NCBI GenBank assembly: GCA_029882915.1
Contig: JAOUJZ010000006.1
Location: 2,115-66,114 of the forward strand
From: Gammaproteobacteria bacterium
GTDB taxonomy: Bacteria; Pseudomonadota; Gammaproteobacteria; Nitrosococcales; Methylophagaceae
Length of the DNA: 64,000 bases
Direction: 5' to 3'
In this document: one piece after another, positions 50,523-63,681 of the stretch
Layout of the letters: each line of letters opens with the position of its first letter
How positions within the stretch are numbered: position 1 is the stretch's first letter
The notes under the pieces: model-generated
The model's input: the letters and a program-made list of their open reading frames with translations, nothing else
What the model was told of the DNA's origin: nothing
The model's database searches: none
Translations under genes and position numbers: made by a program

Positions 50523-52034
50523 TTAAAGTTTAGATTGCGAAACTTGGGTTAATAAATGTTCGACCGAGGCATGCATCACCTCAGTAATAGGTGCCGGATA
50601 GAGCCCTATTACCAATACGATCAAAGCCAATGAAGCTAACATGATAAATTCACGATTATTTATATCTGTCAGTTGGGCAACGTTATCATTGGCTACTTCA
50701 CCAAAAATCACTCGTTTAACCATCCATAAGGTATAAGCGGCTCCCAAAATTAATGTTGTAGCGGCTAGGAATGCAAACCAAAAATTAGCTTGAAAAGCAG
50801 CCAGAATCACCATAAATTCACCAACAAAACCTGATGTACCTGGCAAACCAGCATTAGCCATTGCAAAAAACACTGCGAATCCTGCAAACACTGGCATGGT
50901 ATTCACCACTCCACCATAAGCGGCTATTTCGCGAGTATGCATACGGTCATATAGCACACCCACACACAAGAACATCGCTGCTGCAATAAAGCCATGTGAA
51001 ATCATCTGTATCATTGCCCCTTCTACGGCCAACACTGCACCACTGCCCGTTGCAGATTGGGCAAAGATTCTAAACACAATGAAAAAACCTAAGGTGACAA
51101 ATCCCATATGAGCGATACTCGAATAGGCAATGAGTTTCTTTAAGTCAGATTGAACCAAGGCAACAAAGCCGATATAAACCACAGCAATCAATGACAAACT
51201 GATCACGAAGTAATCCATCGCCATACTGGCATCTGGTGCAATCGGTAATGCGAATCGCAATAAACCATAGCCACCAATTTTCAATGTGATTGCAGCCAGA
51301 ATTACTGAACCACCTGTTGGGGCTTCAACGTGAGCATCAGGTAACCAGGTATGAACAGGCCACATTGGGACTTTGACGGCAAACGCAATAAGAAATGCAA
51401 AGAACAACCAAGTTTGTTCCTGTAACGACAAACTTACTTGCTGATAGTCTAGAATTGAAAAGCTTCCCGCCACATGATGCAAATACAGTAGGGCCAATAA
51501 TAAAAACACTGAACCAAACAATGTATAGAGGAAAAACTTTATGGTGGCATAAACCCTGTTTGGACCGCCCCATATCCCGATAACCAAAAATAGTGGAATC
51601 AACATCGCTTCAAAAAACACATAAAACAGTATGGCGTCTAATGCTGCAAATACAGCGATCATCAATCCTTCCATGATCAGGAAAGCTGCCATATATTGAC
51701 TGGTTCGATGTTCAATTACTTGCCAGCCAGCGATAACCACTATCACCGTGGAAAAGGCCGTCAATATAATCAACGGTAACGAAAAGCCATCTATGCCTAA
51801 ATAATAGTTAATGTTGTAACTGCTAATCCAGGGAGCCATCTCAACAAACTGCATCTGGTGTGTTGTAGTATCAAATCCGATATACAAGCCCAAAGCTGCT
51901 AATAATGTAAGCACAGAAATAAGTAAAGATAAAGGCCTAGCCCATGGGTTGTTATCACCATTCAGCAAGACACCTACACCACCTATAACTGGCAGCCAGA
52001 TGATCAAGCTTAATAAAGGAAAATCAGCAAACAT
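50523..52034 (-). CDS. nuoM: NADH-quinone oxidoreductase subunit M
   Basis: 503 aa antiporter-like subunit, positioned between nuoL and nuoN. Confidence 0.93.
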   Translation of the reverse strand: MFADFPLLSLIIWLPVIGGVGVLLNGDNNPWARPLSLLISVLTLLAALGLYIGFDTTTHQMQFVEMAPWISSYNINYYLGIDGFSLPLIILTAFSTVIVVIAGWQVIEHRTSQYMAAFLIMEGLMIAVFAALDAILFYVFFEAMLIPLFLVIGIWGGPNRVYATIKFFLYTLFGSVFLLLALLYLHHVAGSFSILDYQQVSLSLQEQTWLFFAFLIAFAVKVPMWPVHTWLPDAHVEAPTGGSVILAAITLKIGGYGLLRFALPIAPDASMAMDYFVISLSLIAVVYIGFVALVQSDLKKLIAYSSIAHMGFVTLGFFIVFRIFAQSATGSGAVLAVEGAMIQMISHGFIAAAMFLCVGVLYDRMHTREIAAYGGVVNTMPVFAGFAVFFAMANAGLPGTSGFVGEFMVILAAFQANFWFAFLAATTLILGAAYTLWMVKRVIFGEVANDNVAQLTDINNREFIMLASLALIVLVIGLYPAPITEVMHASVEHLLTQVSQSKL

Positions 52035-52044
52035 GTTCTATTCC

Positions 52045-53994
52045 TTAGGCCACAAAAAAAGTGAGCAACAACAATACGCCCAAAATCATCGCAAACGCAT
52101 AGTGATACAAATAACCAGACTGAACATGCCGCATCAATCTTGATGCCAGTCCAACCATCCTGGCCGTTCCGTTAACCACGGCACCATCAATGATTACACG
52201 ATCGCCGACTCGCCATAACATTTGCCCAATAAATCTGGAACCGCCAGCAAACACTTTTTGATTAAAATCATCAAAGCCGTATTTATTCTCAAGCACACGA
52301 TATAACAGCTGGAATCGTTGCTGTAACCGGGCAGGGATGTCTGGCTTCATCATGTACAGGTAATATGCTGTGGCCACACCTGAAATAGCCAACCAGAATG
52401 GCAATGCTTGCAGGCCGTGCCATACAAAACCCATAATGCCATGATAGTTTTCGGCATGATGAGCCAATACATCGTGCTGAGGTAATACAAAAATAGATGA
52501 CCCAAAAAAGTCGCCAAATACCATGTTACCTATTAAGAAACCCGCTATTACCGATGGAATAGCCAGTAATATCAGAGGTACCGTAACCACTGCTGGTGAC
52601 TCATGGGGTGCATGACCGCCATGAGTGTCAAAACGTTCTTTGCCATGGAACACCATAAAAAATAATCTAAAGCTGTATAGGGCGGTAATAAACACGCCGA
52701 TTACAACTGAAAAATATGCAAATCCACTGCCTGCAATATCTGAAGCATGTACTGCTTCGATAATTGAGTCTTTGGAGAAAAAACCTGCAAACCCGGGAAA
52801 GCCAATCAGGGCCAACGAACCAATCAATCCTGTCCAATACGTGATCGGCATATACTTTTTCAGACCACCCATTTTTCGAATATCCTGTTCATGGTGCATT
52901 GCAATAATCACCGAACCGGCTCCCAAAAACAGTAATGCTTTGAAAAATGCATGGGTCATTAAATGGAATACACCTGCTGCATAGGCTGAAGCTCCTAAAG
53001 CTACGGTCATATAACCCAATTGAGACAACGTCGAATAAGCAACGACACGTTTTATATCATTTTGTATCAGACCTAAAAAGCCCATGAATAAGGCCGTAAT
53101 TGCACCAATCACCAGCACAAAAGATAAGGCAGTTTCAGAAAATTCAAACATCGGCGACATCCTAGTCACCATAAAAATACCGGCAGTCACCATAGTTGCC
53201 GCATGAATCAACGCAGAAATTGGGGTTGGACCTTCCATCGAGTCTGGCAACCAGACATGTAAGGGAACCTGCGCAGATTTCCCCATCGCTCCAATAAACA
53301 ACAAAATGCATATGACGGACATCACAGACCAGTCATAGCCCGAAAAAATACTCATTGTTTGTCCAGCTATCGTCGGTGCCTGAGCAAACACCTCAACATA
53401 ATCCAAGCTGCCGGCATACATTAATACCCCGGCGATACCTAGCAGGAAACCGAAGTCACCAACCCGGTTAACCAAAAATGCCTTCAAATTGGCATAAATT
53501 GCTGTTGGTTTTTTATACCAGAAGCCGATCAATAAATAAGACACTAATCCAACGGCTTCCCACCCAAAAAACAACTGCATAAAGTTATTAGCCATCACTA
53601 GCATCAGCATTGAGAAGGTAAACAGTGAGATGTAACTAAAGAACCGGGCATAGCCTTCGTCATCATGCATATAACCAATGGTATAAATATGTACCATCAA
53701 GGATACAAATGTGACCACTACCATCATCATGGCTGTCAATGCATCTACCATAAAGCCCACTTCCAGACTTAATGAGCCGGCCTGTAACCATTGATAAACC
53801 TGTTGGTTATAGGACTCACCATCAATGGCTACTAGCTTTAAAACCCACACAGAAAGTGCAAATGAGATACCAACGCCAGCAATAGCAACGCGATGCGCCC
53901 CTACTTTGCCAACTTGTTTACCCAATAGACCAGCAATAATGCTGCCTAATAATGGAGCAAGGGCAATTGTGAGGAGTAAGCTCTGTGTCATCAT
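52045..53994 (-). CDS. nuoL: NADH-quinone oxidoreductase subunit L
   Basis: 649 aa, the longest antiporter-like subunit, with a C-terminal extension. Confidence 0.93.
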   Translation of the reverse strand: MMTQSLLLTIALAPLLGSIIAGLLGKQVGKVGAHRVAIAGVGISFALSVWVLKLVAIDGESYNQQVYQWLQAGSLSLEVGFMVDALTAMMMVVVTFVSLMVHIYTIGYMHDDEGYARFFSYISLFTFSMLMLVMANNFMQLFFGWEAVGLVSYLLIGFWYKKPTAIYANLKAFLVNRVGDFGFLLGIAGVLMYAGSLDYVEVFAQAPTIAGQTMSIFSGYDWSVMSVICILLFIGAMGKSAQVPLHVWLPDSMEGPTPISALIHAATMVTAGIFMVTRMSPMFEFSETALSFVLVIGAITALFMGFLGLIQNDIKRVVAYSTLSQLGYMTVALGASAYAAGVFHLMTHAFFKALLFLGAGSVIIAMHHEQDIRKMGGLKKYMPITYWTGLIGSLALIGFPGFAGFFSKDSIIEAVHASDIAGSGFAYFSVVIGVFITALYSFRLFFMVFHGKERFDTHGGHAPHESPAVVTVPLILLAIPSVIAGFLIGNMVFGDFFGSSIFVLPQHDVLAHHAENYHGIMGFVWHGLQALPFWLAISGVATAYYLYMMKPDIPARLQQRFQLLYRVLENKYGFDDFNQKVFAGGSRFIGQMLWRVGDRVIIDGAVVNGTARMVGLASRLMRHVQSGYLYHYAFAMILGVLLLLTFFVA

Positions 53995-53996
53995 AA

Positions 53997-54302
53997 TTAC
54001 CCTTTCAAGTTGTCCAATTCAGACACATTGATGGTCTTCATATTTCGGAACAACACCACTAAAATTGCCAGACCTATCGCCGCTTCAGCAGCGGCAACAG
54101 TTAATATAAAGAAGACAAATACCTGCCCAGCCATATCCCCAGAAAAATGCGAGAAGGCAACAAAATTGAGATTAACCGCCAACAACATCAACTCAATACA
54201 CATCAATAAAATAATGATATTTTTACGGTTAATGAAAATCCCAGCTACCGATAAACTGAATAATAAGGCACCCAAAATCAGGAAATCCGATAACGCGATC
54301 AT
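53997..54302 (-). CDS. nuoK: NADH-quinone oxidoreductase subunit K
   Basis: 101 aa, 3 TM helices, correct operon position. Confidence 0.92.
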   Translation of the reverse strand: MIALSDFLILGALLFSLSVAGIFINRKNIIILLMCIELMLLAVNLNFVAFSHFSGDMAGQVFVFFILTVAAAEAAIGLAILVVLFRNMKTINVSELDNLKG

Positions 54303-54919
54303 GATTGTGACTCCCCATCACTGCCTTTCTTACTAACAGCAGTCATTTTAACCAATCTCACCCTGTCTTCACGCCTCACCTTAATCTGCTCTGAGATATC
54401 CTGAGATTTACTGGTTTTCTTACGTAAAGTCAGGGTAATTGCTGCCACAATAGCCACCGTCAATATTACTGATGCAATCTCAAAGGGATAGACATAGACC
54501 GTGTATAACAACATGCCCAATTCTTTGGTATTGCTATACCCTTCTGGATGAGGCACAGGAGCTGGGATAATATCCAGACCAAAATGTGAAGCCCCTAAAA
54601 CTGCAATCATTTCAATAGTGATCACTGCGGCCACTAAAATACCCAACGATACATATTTGGTGAACCCTTCTTGTATTGGCACCAAATCAATATCCAACAT
54701 CATGACCACAAACAAAAACAGCACCATTACAGCCCCGACGTAGACTAGCACTAGTGTGATAGCCAGAAATTCTGCTTCTAATAGCAACCAGATCGCAGCG
54801 CTGGTAAAAAAAGCCAGTATCAAAAATAATGAAGCACGTACCGGATTTCGTACAGTGATGACCATCGTACTGGCGAACAATAAAATGGCAGAAAAACAAT
54901 AAAAAATGAGATATTCCAT
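54299..54919 (-). CDS. nuoJ: NADH-quinone oxidoreductase subunit J
   Basis: The ATG at 54919 (MEYLIFY...) avoids overlap with nuoI. The [17 protein letters not shown] block is present. Confidence 0.9.
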   Translation of the reverse strand: MEYLIFYCFSAILLFASTMVITVRNPVRASLFLILAFFTSAAIWLLLEAEFLAITLVLVYVGAVMVLFLFVVMMLDIDLVPIQEGFTKYVSLGILVAAVITIEMIAVLGASHFGLDIIPAPVPHPEGYSNTKELGMLLYTVYVYPFEIASVILTVAIVAAITLTLRKKTSKSQDISEQIKVRREDRVRLVKMTAVSKKGSDGESQS

Positions 54920-54932
54920 AGTCTGTAATGCC

Positions 54933-55421
54933 TTATCGATAAGGTGCATCAGCAACACGGTCTGCTGCTATCTGAGTTTCGTATTTATCCCCCATTGCCA
55001 ATAACTTGTCCTTGGTCATTATATTTTCACCACGTTGTTCAAAGTGATAATCAAACACTCGGGTTTCAACAATTGAATCAACAGGGCAGGATTCTTCACA
55101 AAAACCACAAAAGATGCACTTAAATAAATCTATCTCATACCGCGTTGTACGACGTGAACCGTCATCACGCGGTTCTGTATCAATGGTAATAGCCAACGCT
55201 GGACAAACAGCTTCACACAATTTACATCCAATACATCGCTCTTCACCATTAGGGTACCGTCTCAGTGCATGTAGCCCTCTAAAGCGTGGCGATTGTGGTG
55301 TCTTTTCTTCGGGATACTGTACTGTGATTTTTTTAGCGAACAAATAACGGCCTGTCAGCTTCAAACCTAACAGCAATTCCCAAAGCAAAAAGCTTTTGAA
55401 AAAATGTCGTAGAGACTTCAT
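54933..55421 (-). CDS. nuoI: NADH-quinone oxidoreductase subunit I
   Basis: Two 4Fe-4S ferredoxin motifs: [12 protein letters not shown] and [12 protein letters not shown]. Confidence 0.95.
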   Translation of the reverse strand: MKSLRHFFKSFLLWELLLGLKLTGRYLFAKKITVQYPEEKTPQSPRFRGLHALRRYPNGEERCIGCKLCEAVCPALAITIDTEPRDDGSRRTTRYEIDLFKCIFCGFCEESCPVDSIVETRVFDYHFEQRGENIMTKDKLLAMGDKYETQIAADRVADAPYR

Positions 55422-56509
55422 GATTCTGCCGCCTTAATCAGGGCAACACTATCACTAGCCAATGAAGTCGCATTGTCTTCCGTAAACCAGGGGCCAATAT
55501 CCATTACCTGAGCTGTTGACACAACAATTAACCACACCAGAGTCACAGGAATGAATATTTTCCAGCCCAAACGCATAATCTGGTCATATCTATAACGAGG
55601 AAAAGTTGCTCGAAACCATAGATATAAGAACAAAAAGATACAGGTTTTCATTAACAACCAAATTAATCCCGGCACCCACGAAAACAGTCCTTCTAGCCCA
55701 GGAATCCCCTGAAATGGAGACAACCACCCCCCCATAAACATCACAGCAGCCAACATGGAAATCAAAATCATATCGGCATATTCTGCTAGGAAAAATACTG
55801 CAAATGCCATCCCTGAATATTCCACGTGGAAACCGGCTACAATCTCCGATTCACCTTCTGATACATCAAATGGTGCCCGGTTGGTTTCCGCCACACCCGA
55901 AATGAAGTACACCACGAACAAGGGAAATAGGGGCAGCCAAAACCAGTGAAAAATACCGCCCTGTTGTGCCAAAACAATTTCGCCCAGATTCAAACTGCCT
56001 GCAGCAACTAATACACCAACCAACGCAAAACCCATTGCAATTTCATAGGACACGACTTGAGCAGCTGATCGCATGGCACCTAAAAATGCATAACGTGAAT
56101 TGGATGCCCAACCGGCGATCACGATGCCATAAACGCCCATAGAGGTTATCGCTAATATATAAAGCAGACCGGCATCAATATTGGCCAGGGTTAAGGTCGC
56201 ATCAAACGGCATCACTGCCCATGCTGCCAGAGCGGGACCAATAGCTAAAACTGGGGCAACCAGGAATAAATACAAATTCGATTTAGCCGGAAAAATAACT
56301 TCTTTTAATGCTAATTTAAGTCCATCTGCTATTGGTTGAAGAAGACCTAATGGACCCACACGATTAGGACCAATTCGCACTTGAATATATCCAATAACTT
56401 TACGCTCAGCATACGTTAAATATGCTACGCAAAGCATTAAAGGAGCAATAATCAATGCTATCTTAATCACCGTATATAACAAGGTATTAGAAATAACCCA
56501 ATCAATCAT
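55418..56509 (-). CDS. nuoH: NADH-quinone oxidoreductase subunit H
   Basis: 363 aa with [20 protein letters not shown]. Confidence 0.95.
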   Translation of the reverse strand: MIDWVISNTLLYTVIKIALIIAPLMLCVAYLTYAERKVIGYIQVRIGPNRVGPLGLLQPIADGLKLALKEVIFPAKSNLYLFLVAPVLAIGPALAAWAVMPFDATLTLANIDAGLLYILAITSMGVYGIVIAGWASNSRYAFLGAMRSAAQVVSYEIAMGFALVGVLVAAGSLNLGEIVLAQQGGIFHWFWLPLFPLFVVYFISGVAETNRAPFDVSEGESEIVAGFHVEYSGMAFAVFFLAEYADMILISMLAAVMFMGGWLSPFQGIPGLEGLFSWVPGLIWLLMKTCIFLFLYLWFRATFPRYRYDQIMRLGWKIFIPVTLVWLIVVSTAQVMDIGPWFTEDNATSLASDSVALIKAAES

Positions 56510-56511
56510 GA

Positions 56512-58881
56512 TTATTCTCCCTGTCCTGTAGGTTCAACACTGACACTGCCAAAAGCACTGCCTAGGTGTGATGTTTTCTGAGTACCCGCAGCAATGTAAA
56601 TACAACCATCGGCAATCGTATTATCAATCTCGAATGGCACTGTGATGGCATTATCAGCCTGCGTCACAGTAATGTACCGCTCTTCTTTTACACCATAGCG
56701 CTCAGCTTCATCAGCATTCATTCTAGCAATGGATGCACGCTGATTATTAGGCGTTTGTTGTAATGCACTGCTTCGCCTTACCACGCTATCACTCTGATAC
56801 ATCGGTACTTCTGAAATGACCATCAGTGCCACATCAACATTCTGCTTGGTTGGAATATAAGACGCCTTATCAATTGCCTGCGTTGCCTTAATCTGATCCT
56901 GAACGTCATCTCGCACATCTTGCGAAGACACATAATCAAAGTCATTTAGTTTGGCGACATTCGCCAACACCCGCAATACCTTCCAACCAGGACGACTTTC
57001 CCCTTTCGCTGTTACCGCACCAGTGAAACTTTGCCACTGCCCATCAACGCCAATAAATGTGCCTGATGTTTCTGCAAAACTAGCGATCGGTAATATGACA
57101 TCAGCATAAGTCAACATCGTATCACTGACATAACTATTCATCGACACAACAAAACTGGCTTGCTGCAGGGATTGTTGAGCCAGAACAGGATTTGCACAAT
57201 CCAGTTCTGGTTCTACGCCAAATAAGACATAAGAAGGTAAAGTCTGTTGCCAACTTTGCTGGGCATCAAGTCCCACTGAATTTGCAGACTGTTGTGCAGT
57301 ACTGACATATGGTAATGCACTAGCAATGGCTGACGCCATAGAATTAGCTGTTGGCAGTACAATCAAGCGGCTATGACTTAATTTTGCAATTAAGTTTGTC
57401 AGTGCCTTTATAGTGGCCGCTTGTGGATGGGTGACCGCCAATGAACCCACGAACAACATCCCCTGAGTGGCATTTGATAGTTGCATCGCAATAGTTTGTT
57501 CTATAGCTGATGGCACCACATCGTCCAGATAGTCATTCCAGGCTGTTGTATCCTCATCTCTCGCCAGAGGTATTAATGCCTTGGCAATGCCGGACAACGT
57601 TGTCAGCATTTCTTTGGCATTGACCGTAACCTGTTTATCAACTGACATCAGCAGATCTGAAGCAAAAAAGTTAATATCAGTGACGGTTGCCCCCGCCATT
57701 ACTGACTGCCTGACACGGTGAGCTATAATTGGTTGTTCCGCACGAATATTACAGCCTACTAAAACAATATCATCGCTTTGCTCTATATCTGCCAGAGACC
57801 ATTCTTCATGGTCATAATCACAATTCTGGTCGGAAAAATCTTGTTGTCGTAAACGATGGTCAATATTATTAGACCCCAGACCACGTAATAGCTTCTGGAA
57901 TAAATAAGCTTCTTCCAGAGTTGCTGAAGGCGAGATTAATCCAGCAATTTTCTCTGCGCCATAGTCTGCTTTTATCTTTTTCAAGCCATCAATAGCAGTC
58001 TGCAATGCTGTTTCCCAGCCAACCTGTTGCCACTTCCCATTTTGTTTAATCATAGGATTAGTGGCACGTTGCTCATGGTTCAACCCTAGATAACTAAAAC
58101 GATCTCTGTCTGACAACCACGTTTCATTGACATTTTCATTATCTCTGGGGACAACCCGTAATATCTCATTACCTCGAGTGTGAAATTCAATATTTGATCC
58201 AATCGCATCATGAGGTGCAATAGAGGGATGTGCCGTCAATTCCCATGCCCGAGCACGATAACGAAATGGTTTTGACGTCAATGCCCCGACTGGGCATAAA
58301 TCAATAATATTGCCCGATAATTCAGAAGCAAGACTATGTTCGATATAGGTGCCTATTTCCATATGCTCACCACGACCAGTTGCACCCAGCTCTTTAATTC
58401 CGGCTATTTCCTCACCAAACCGTACGCAACGTGTGCAATGAATACAACGAGTCATATCAGTATTAATCAGTGGACCAATATTTTTATCTTTAACAACACG
58501 TTTATTTTCACTAAAACGGCCAACACCAGAACCATAGCCCACGGATAAATCTTGTAACTCACACTCTCCACCCTGATCACAAATCGGACAATCCAGCGGA
58601 TGATTAATTAGCAAGAACTCCATCACACTTCGTTGAGCAGCAATGGCTGTTTTGGAATGGGTAAATATTTTCATGCCTTCAGTTACAGGTGTTGCACAAG
58701 CAGGCAATGCCTTACGCGCTTTATCCACCTCAACCAAACACATACGACAATTAGCCGCTATCGACAGTTTTTTGTGGTAACAAAAACGCGGAATATCAAT
58801 ACCTGCCTCATCAGCAGCCTGAATAATCATTTTTGTTGAATCCACTTTAAGTGGAATGCCGTCGATCTCTATATTAACCAT
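56512..58881 (-). CDS. nuoG: NADH-quinone oxidoreductase subunit G
   Basis: 789 aa. An N-terminal 2Fe-2S region ([19 protein letters not shown]) and 4Fe-4S motifs are followed by a molybdopterin-like domain. Confidence 0.95.
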   Translation of the reverse strand: MVNIEIDGIPLKVDSTKMIIQAADEAGIDIPRFCYHKKLSIAANCRMCLVEVDKARKALPACATPVTEGMKIFTHSKTAIAAQRSVMEFLLINHPLDCPICDQGGECELQDLSVGYGSGVGRFSENKRVVKDKNIGPLINTDMTRCIHCTRCVRFGEEIAGIKELGATGRGEHMEIGTYIEHSLASELSGNIIDLCPVGALTSKPFRYRARAWELTAHPSIAPHDAIGSNIEFHTRGNEILRVVPRDNENVNETWLSDRDRFSYLGLNHEQRATNPMIKQNGKWQQVGWETALQTAIDGLKKIKADYGAEKIAGLISPSATLEEAYLFQKLLRGLGSNNIDHRLRQQDFSDQNCDYDHEEWSLADIEQSDDIVLVGCNIRAEQPIIAHRVRQSVMAGATVTDINFFASDLLMSVDKQVTVNAKEMLTTLSGIAKALIPLARDEDTTAWNDYLDDVVPSAIEQTIAMQLSNATQGMLFVGSLAVTHPQAATIKALTNLIAKLSHSRLIVLPTANSMASAIASALPYVSTAQQSANSVGLDAQQSWQQTLPSYVLFGVEPELDCANPVLAQQSLQQASFVVSMNSYVSDTMLTYADVILPIASFAETSGTFIGVDGQWQSFTGAVTAKGESRPGWKVLRVLANVAKLNDFDYVSSQDVRDDVQDQIKATQAIDKASYIPTKQNVDVALMVISEVPMYQSDSVVRRSSALQQTPNNQRASIARMNADEAERYGVKEERYITVTQADNAITVPFEIDNTIADGCIYIAAGTQKTSHLGSAFGSVSVEPTGQGE

Positions 58882-58912
58882 CTATTTCTATACTCGGTCC
58901 ATTCTCACTGGT

Positions 58913-60181
58913 TTACACCTGACATCGACCATGATCGATGTGATATTGAAACTCTTCACGGAAATGTTTAATAAAACTCATTACGGGTGCTGCTGCGGCA
59001 TCACCTAATGCACAAATAGTATTACCATTAATGTTTTTGGCAACATCCACCAAACGGTCTAGATCTTCCTGTTTTCCTTCACCGTGTTCTATTCGTTTCA
59101 CAACTCGATACAACCAACCTGTACCCTCACGACAAGGCGTACACTGACCACAAGATTCTTCATAATAAAATTCCGCAATGCGTTCCAGTGCTTTTACCAT
59201 ACAAGTGGTTTCATCCATCACAATCACTGAACCGGCACCAAGCATTGAACCGGCCTGACTAATGCCATCGTAGCTCATTGCAACATCCATCATTGCTTCA
59301 CCGGGAATAACAGGTGTCGAACTACCACCTGGAATTACTGCTTTTAATTTATTACCGTTACGTACGCCACCAGCCAGCTTCAATAATTCTGAAAAAGGTG
59401 TTCCCATCGGCACTTCATAATTGCCCGGTTTATTAACGTGCCCAGAAACACTGAAAATTTTGCTACCACCATTATTAGGTGTGCCCAATTCATGGAACCA
59501 GTCACCGCCTTTTTGCAAAATGACAGGAACTGAAGCCAGACTTTCGGTGTTATTAATTGTGGTTGGTCGACCATAGAGTCCATAACCAGCAGGAAATGGA
59601 GGTTTATACCGTGGCTGGCCTTTTTTTCCTTCTATTGATTCCAGTAATGCTGTTTCTTCACCACAAATATAGGCTCCAGCACCTGGCTGGGTATACAATT
59701 CAAAATTAAAGCCCGAACCTAAAATATCCGTACCTAAATAACCGGCCTGTTTAGCTTCCTGAATGGCTGTTTCAAAACGCTCAAATGGCTCATAAAACTC
59801 GCCGCGAATATAGTTGTAGCCTGTCTGAGCACCAATTGTGTAACCGGCGATTATCATGCCTTCGATCACCTGATGAGGATTAAACCGTAAAATATCTCGG
59901 TCTTTACACGTGCCCGGCTCACCTTCATCAGAATTACAGACAATATATTTTTCGCCCGGTAATCGGCGAGGCATAAAACTCCACTTCAATCCAGTTGGAA
60001 ACCCCGCGCCACCACGACCTCGTAATGCAGAATCTTTAATTTGTTCAATAATCTCTTCTGGGGGAGTTTTCTGTTTGAGTATTTTTTCCAGAACCTCATA
60101 ACCACCCACACTGCGATAGGATTCCATCGTCCATGGCTGATCGAGATGAAGGGTGCGGAAACAAACCTGATTCAATTGCAT
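58913..60181 (-). CDS. nuoF: NADH-quinone oxidoreductase subunit F
   Basis: The FMN/NADH block [19 protein letters not shown] and the cluster motif [12 protein letters not shown] are present. Confidence 0.95.
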   Translation of the reverse strand: MQLNQVCFRTLHLDQPWTMESYRSVGGYEVLEKILKQKTPPEEIIEQIKDSALRGRGGAGFPTGLKWSFMPRRLPGEKYIVCNSDEGEPGTCKDRDILRFNPHQVIEGMIIAGYTIGAQTGYNYIRGEFYEPFERFETAIQEAKQAGYLGTDILGSGFNFELYTQPGAGAYICGEETALLESIEGKKGQPRYKPPFPAGYGLYGRPTTINNTESLASVPVILQKGGDWFHELGTPNNGGSKIFSVSGHVNKPGNYEVPMGTPFSELLKLAGGVRNGNKLKAVIPGGSSTPVIPGEAMMDVAMSYDGISQAGSMLGAGSVIVMDETTCMVKALERIAEFYYEESCGQCTPCREGTGWLYRVVKRIEHGEGKQEDLDRLVDVAKNINGNTICALGDAAAAPVMSFIKHFREEFQYHIDHGRCQV

Positions 60182-60690
60182 TATTTGATTCCATCCAATA
60201 TCTGATCAATTTTTTCAGTCGTCAGGTGCTCATGATAATCCCGATCCAGTTGCATCATTGGTGCACCACAACAGGCGCCCAGACACTCTACTTCTTTCAG
60301 GGTAAACCTTCCATCTTGCGTGGTTTCACCCAACTTTACACCCAATCGTTTTTCAAGATGGCTAACCATTTCCTCTGAACCATTCAACATACAGGAAATA
60401 TTGGTACATACATTCACCTTATGTGAACCGACAGGCTTAAGATCAAACATAGTATAAAAACTGGCGACTTCATAGACACTGATCGCTGGGATACTCAGGT
60501 AGTTGGCAAGTGCATCCATGACTGATTGTGATAACCAACCGTCATTGGCTACCTGCACAATATGTAAACTTGGAATCACTGCCGACTGACTTTGTCCTGC
60601 CGGATATTTAGCTACCCAGCTATCAATCTGCTGACGAACATCAGCATTAAATAAGTGTTCTTTGGCACCTGTTAATTGCATGTCACTCAT
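60181..60690 (-). CDS. nuoE: NADH-quinone oxidoreductase subunit E
   Basis: 169 aa. Thioredoxin-like 2Fe-2S cysteines ([11 protein letters not shown] ... [10 protein letters not shown]). Confidence 0.93.
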   Translation of the reverse strand: MSDMQLTGAKEHLFNADVRQQIDSWVAKYPAGQSQSAVIPSLHIVQVANDGWLSQSVMDALANYLSIPAISVYEVASFYTMFDLKPVGSHKVNVCTNISCMLNGSEEMVSHLEKRLGVKLGETTQDGRFTLKEVECLGACCGAPMMQLDRDYHEHLTTEKIDQILDGIK

Positions 60691-61940
60691 CGGTCAATCT
60701 CACCAAATACAATATCCATCGTACCAATCACAGCCACCACATCTGCCAGCATATGACCTTTCACCATCTCATTCATCGCCGCCAAATGAGCAAAACCAGG
60801 AGCACGGATTTTCAGTCGATATGGTTTATTGGCACCGTCCGATATCATGTAAATACCAAATTCGCCCTTTGGATGTTCAACTGCTGAATAAATTTCACCC
60901 TCAGGCACACAGTAGCCTTCCGTAAATAATTTGAAATGATGGATCAATGCTTCCATGTCCTGTTTCATATCCGCACGTTTTGGCGGTGCCACTTTGACAT
61001 CATCAGTAATCACAGGCCCTGGATTTGCACGTAACCAGTCAACACATTGTTTGATAATCCGGTTTGACTGTCGCATTTCTTCAACACGCACCAGATAACG
61101 ATCGTAGCAATCACCTTCCACACCCACTGGAATATCAAAATCCAGTCGATCATAGACTTCATAGGGTTGTTTTTTACGTAGATCCCATTCCACTCCAGAA
61201 CCACGCAACATAGGGCCGGAAAAGCCAAGCTGTAATGCCCGCTCAGGTGATACGACACCAATTCCTACCGTACGCTGTTTCCATATACGATTGTCCGTTA
61301 ATAAGGTTTCGTATTCATCAACACAGTTAGGAAATCGCTCAGTGAAGTCTTCAATAAAATCTAATAAACTGCCTTCTCGGTTGGTGTTTTTTTGTTTTAC
61401 TTCTTTTTCACTGTGCCATTTTGACGCTTCATATTTAGGCATTGAATCCGGCAGGTCGCGATATACACCACCCGGACGATAGTATGTGGCATGCATCCTT
61501 GCTCCAGACACAGCCTCATAACAATCCATCAAATCTTCACGTTCACGGAAACAATACAAAAACATCGTCATGGCACCGATATCCAAGCCATGGGTACCTA
61601 ACCACATTAAATGATTCAATATTCGTGTAATTTCATCAAACATCACTCGAATATACTGAGCGCGTTCTGGTACTTGCACACCCAATAGCTTTTCTATCGA
61701 CATCACATAAGCATGTTCATTACACAGCATTGAAACATAATCAAGCCGATCCATATAACCAATACTTTGATTGTAAGGTTTGGTTTCAGCCAGTTTTTCT
61801 GTACCACGATGCAGCAGTCCCACATGTGGATCCGCACGTTGAATAACTTCACCGTCCATTTCAAGAATAAGACGCAATACACCATGTGCTGCTGGATGCT
61901 GTGGGCCAAAATTTAAGGTGTAATTCTTAATTTCAGCCAT
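60687..61940 (-). CDS. nuoD: NADH-quinone oxidoreductase subunit D
   Basis: 417 aa with [15 protein letters not shown]. Separate from nuoC (not fused). Confidence 0.95.
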   Translation of the reverse strand: MAEIKNYTLNFGPQHPAAHGVLRLILEMDGEVIQRADPHVGLLHRGTEKLAETKPYNQSIGYMDRLDYVSMLCNEHAYVMSIEKLLGVQVPERAQYIRVMFDEITRILNHLMWLGTHGLDIGAMTMFLYCFREREDLMDCYEAVSGARMHATYYRPGGVYRDLPDSMPKYEASKWHSEKEVKQKNTNREGSLLDFIEDFTERFPNCVDEYETLLTDNRIWKQRTVGIGVVSPERALQLGFSGPMLRGSGVEWDLRKKQPYEVYDRLDFDIPVGVEGDCYDRYLVRVEEMRQSNRIIKQCVDWLRANPGPVITDDVKVAPPKRADMKQDMEALIHHFKLFTEGYCVPEGEIYSAVEHPKGEFGIYMISDGANKPYRLKIRAPGFAHLAAMNEMVKGHMLADVVAVIGTMDIVFGEIDR

Positions 61941-62596
61941 TATCTATTCTCGTCATAATAACGGTTATCATCACGGATAACGCGCGGAACTAATGTTCTT
62001 TCTTCAATACTGACCGGCTCGTAAATCACTCGTTTTTGTTCAGCGTCATAACGCATTTCAACGTTACCGATCAGTGGAAAATCTTTACGGAATGGGTGAC
62101 CAATAAAACCATAATCTGTGAGAATACGACGCAGGTCATTATGGCCATCAAATAAAATCCCGAACAAATCAAAGGCTTCTCGCTCAAACCAGTTCGCACT
62201 ATTCCAGATACCAGTCACACTATCAATTATAGGAAACTCCGCTTGGAGGCGAACTTTGATACGAAGACGCTGGTTATGTTGAATTGACAACAGATGATAA
62301 ACCACCGCAAAACGATACCCTTCCGACACCGGCTCCATATGACCTTCACCATCTACGGCCCGGCTAAAACCATGTCCAGATGCCGCTTTGGTTTCCCATG
62401 CGGAGCCGCCATATTCAGAATAATCGACACCACAAACATCCATGAGCTGATCAAAGCCAAACTGGTCACGTAACTGCTCACATACTTCCAGAATACTGTC
62501 TACAGGGACATGAAGCGTTATTTCTCCATGTAACAACTCATAATCAAGTAACACCTTGGAAAAGTGCTGTTCCAGTTTCGTCTGTAATGCTTCCAT
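61940..62596 (-). CDS. nuoC: NADH-quinone oxidoreductase subunit C
   Basis: The ATG at 62596 ([10 protein letters not shown]...) lies just after the nuoB stop. [13 protein letters not shown] block. Confidence 0.92.
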   Translation of the reverse strand: MEALQTKLEQHFSKVLLDYELLHGEITLHVPVDSILEVCEQLRDQFGFDQLMDVCGVDYSEYGGSAWETKAASGHGFSRAVDGEGHMEPVSEGYRFAVVYHLLSIQHNQRLRIKVRLQAEFPIIDSVTGIWNSANWFEREAFDLFGILFDGHNDLRRILTDYGFIGHPFRKDFPLIGNVEMRYDAEQKRVIYEPVSIEERTLVPRVIRDDNRYYDENR

Positions 62597-62609
62597 GATG
62601 ACTGTTCCG

Positions 62610-63098
62610 CTAGGCTTCCTTGACCCGTGCAATTGTATTGGTACGACGTATTTTCTTTTGTAACTGAATAATACCGTACATCAGAGCTTCTGCTGTTGGT
62701 GGACAGCCTGGCACATAAATATCAACAGGTACTATACGATCACAGCCACGAACAACTGAATAGGAATAGTGGTAGTATCCCCCTCCATTAGCACAGGAGC
62801 CCATTGATATAACCCAACGTGGTTCAGACATCTGGTCATATACTTTACGTAATGCCGGTGCCATTTTATTCACCAGTGTACCCGCAACAATCATCACATC
62901 GGACTGACGTGGACTGGGACGAAATACCACACCGAAACGGTCGAGATCGTAACGCGATGCACCTGCTTGCATCATTTCAACAGCACAGCAGGCAAGACCA
63001 AACGTCATCGGCCATAGTGATCCAGTTCGTGCCCAATTGATTAACTTATCTGCTGAAGTAGTAACAACACCTTGTTCCAGGACACCTTCTATTCCCAT
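62610..63098 (-). CDS. nuoB: NADH-quinone oxidoreductase subunit B
   Basis: [10 protein letters not shown] and GCPPTAEAL are present. The ATG at 63098 ([10 protein letters not shown]...) has an AAGGGGG RBS, and the listed ORF extends to a GTG at 63119. Confidence 0.93.
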   Translation of the reverse strand: MGIEGVLEQGVVTTSADKLINWARTGSLWPMTFGLACCAVEMMQAGASRYDLDRFGVVFRPSPRQSDVMIVAGTLVNKMAPALRKVYDQMSEPRWVISMGSCANGGGYYHYSYSVVRGCDRIVPVDIYVPGCPPTAEALMYGIIQLQKKIRRTNTIARVKEA

Positions 63099-63445
63099 TC
63101 CAATGCCCCCTTTTTCCACTCATAGATGAATCCCACAACCAATATTGCCAAAAACAGGAACATGGCGAGCAGACCAAACACACCAATATCATCAAGCACA
63201 ACAGCCCAAGGGAATAAAAAGGCAATTTCCAGATCGAAAATAATAAACAGGATAGCAACAAGGTAATAACGCACATCAAACTTCATATGTGCATCTTCAA
63301 ATGGCTCAAAACCACATTCATAAGTAGAACGCTTTTCATCATCAGGGCGGCGAGGTCCCAGAACAAAACCTGCTATCAATGGCATGATGCCAAAGCCGAT
63401 TCCAATAATCACAAACAACAAAATTGGCAGATAATTCTCCAACAT
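63089..63445 (-). CDS. nuoA: NADH-quinone oxidoreductase subunit A
   Basis: 118 aa with 3 TM helices and YECGFEPF. First gene of the operon. Confidence 0.93.
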   Translation of the reverse strand: MLENYLPILLFVIIGIGFGIMPLIAGFVLGPRRPDDEKRSTYECGFEPFEDAHMKFDVRYYLVAILFIIFDLEIAFLFPWAVVLDDIGVFGLLAMFLFLAILVVGFIYEWKKGALEWE

Positions 63446-63681
63446 ATAAGCTTATTCTTTTTGGTTGACGATAAATTACAGCGACTTACACTTTGTACAG
63501 TCGCCCTCCATCAAAACGATAATTTGATGATAACTAATACTACACAGAATAATGCCCAAAGAGAAGTGGTGTTTTAGCTATTTTTGTTGATCTTGATCCG
63601 CATCATTTATGACTCGTAAAAGCAATTTGTTTTTAGAGAAACTAACCATTAAGTCACTAGTTAGATAGAAGGAGGAAAGGA

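Noticed and set aside
49016-62632. Numerous 60-119 aa ORFs on either strand inside the nuo genes (for example 52625-52984, 54010-54336, 55114-55347, 60133-60378, 60662-60925)
   Set aside because: All are embedded in, or antisense to, conserved complex I genes, so they are shadow ORFs.
63046-63279. 77-aa same-strand alternative-frame ORF spanning the nuoA/nuoB junction
   Set aside because: It is out of frame relative to two highly conserved genes and has no support.
63587-63600. FNR/CRP-like site TTGATcttgATCCG upstream of nuoA, considered as a feature call
   Set aside because: Only one half-site is good (TTGAT) and the second half is ATCCG rather than ATCAA. I kept it as a low-interest note, not as a feature.
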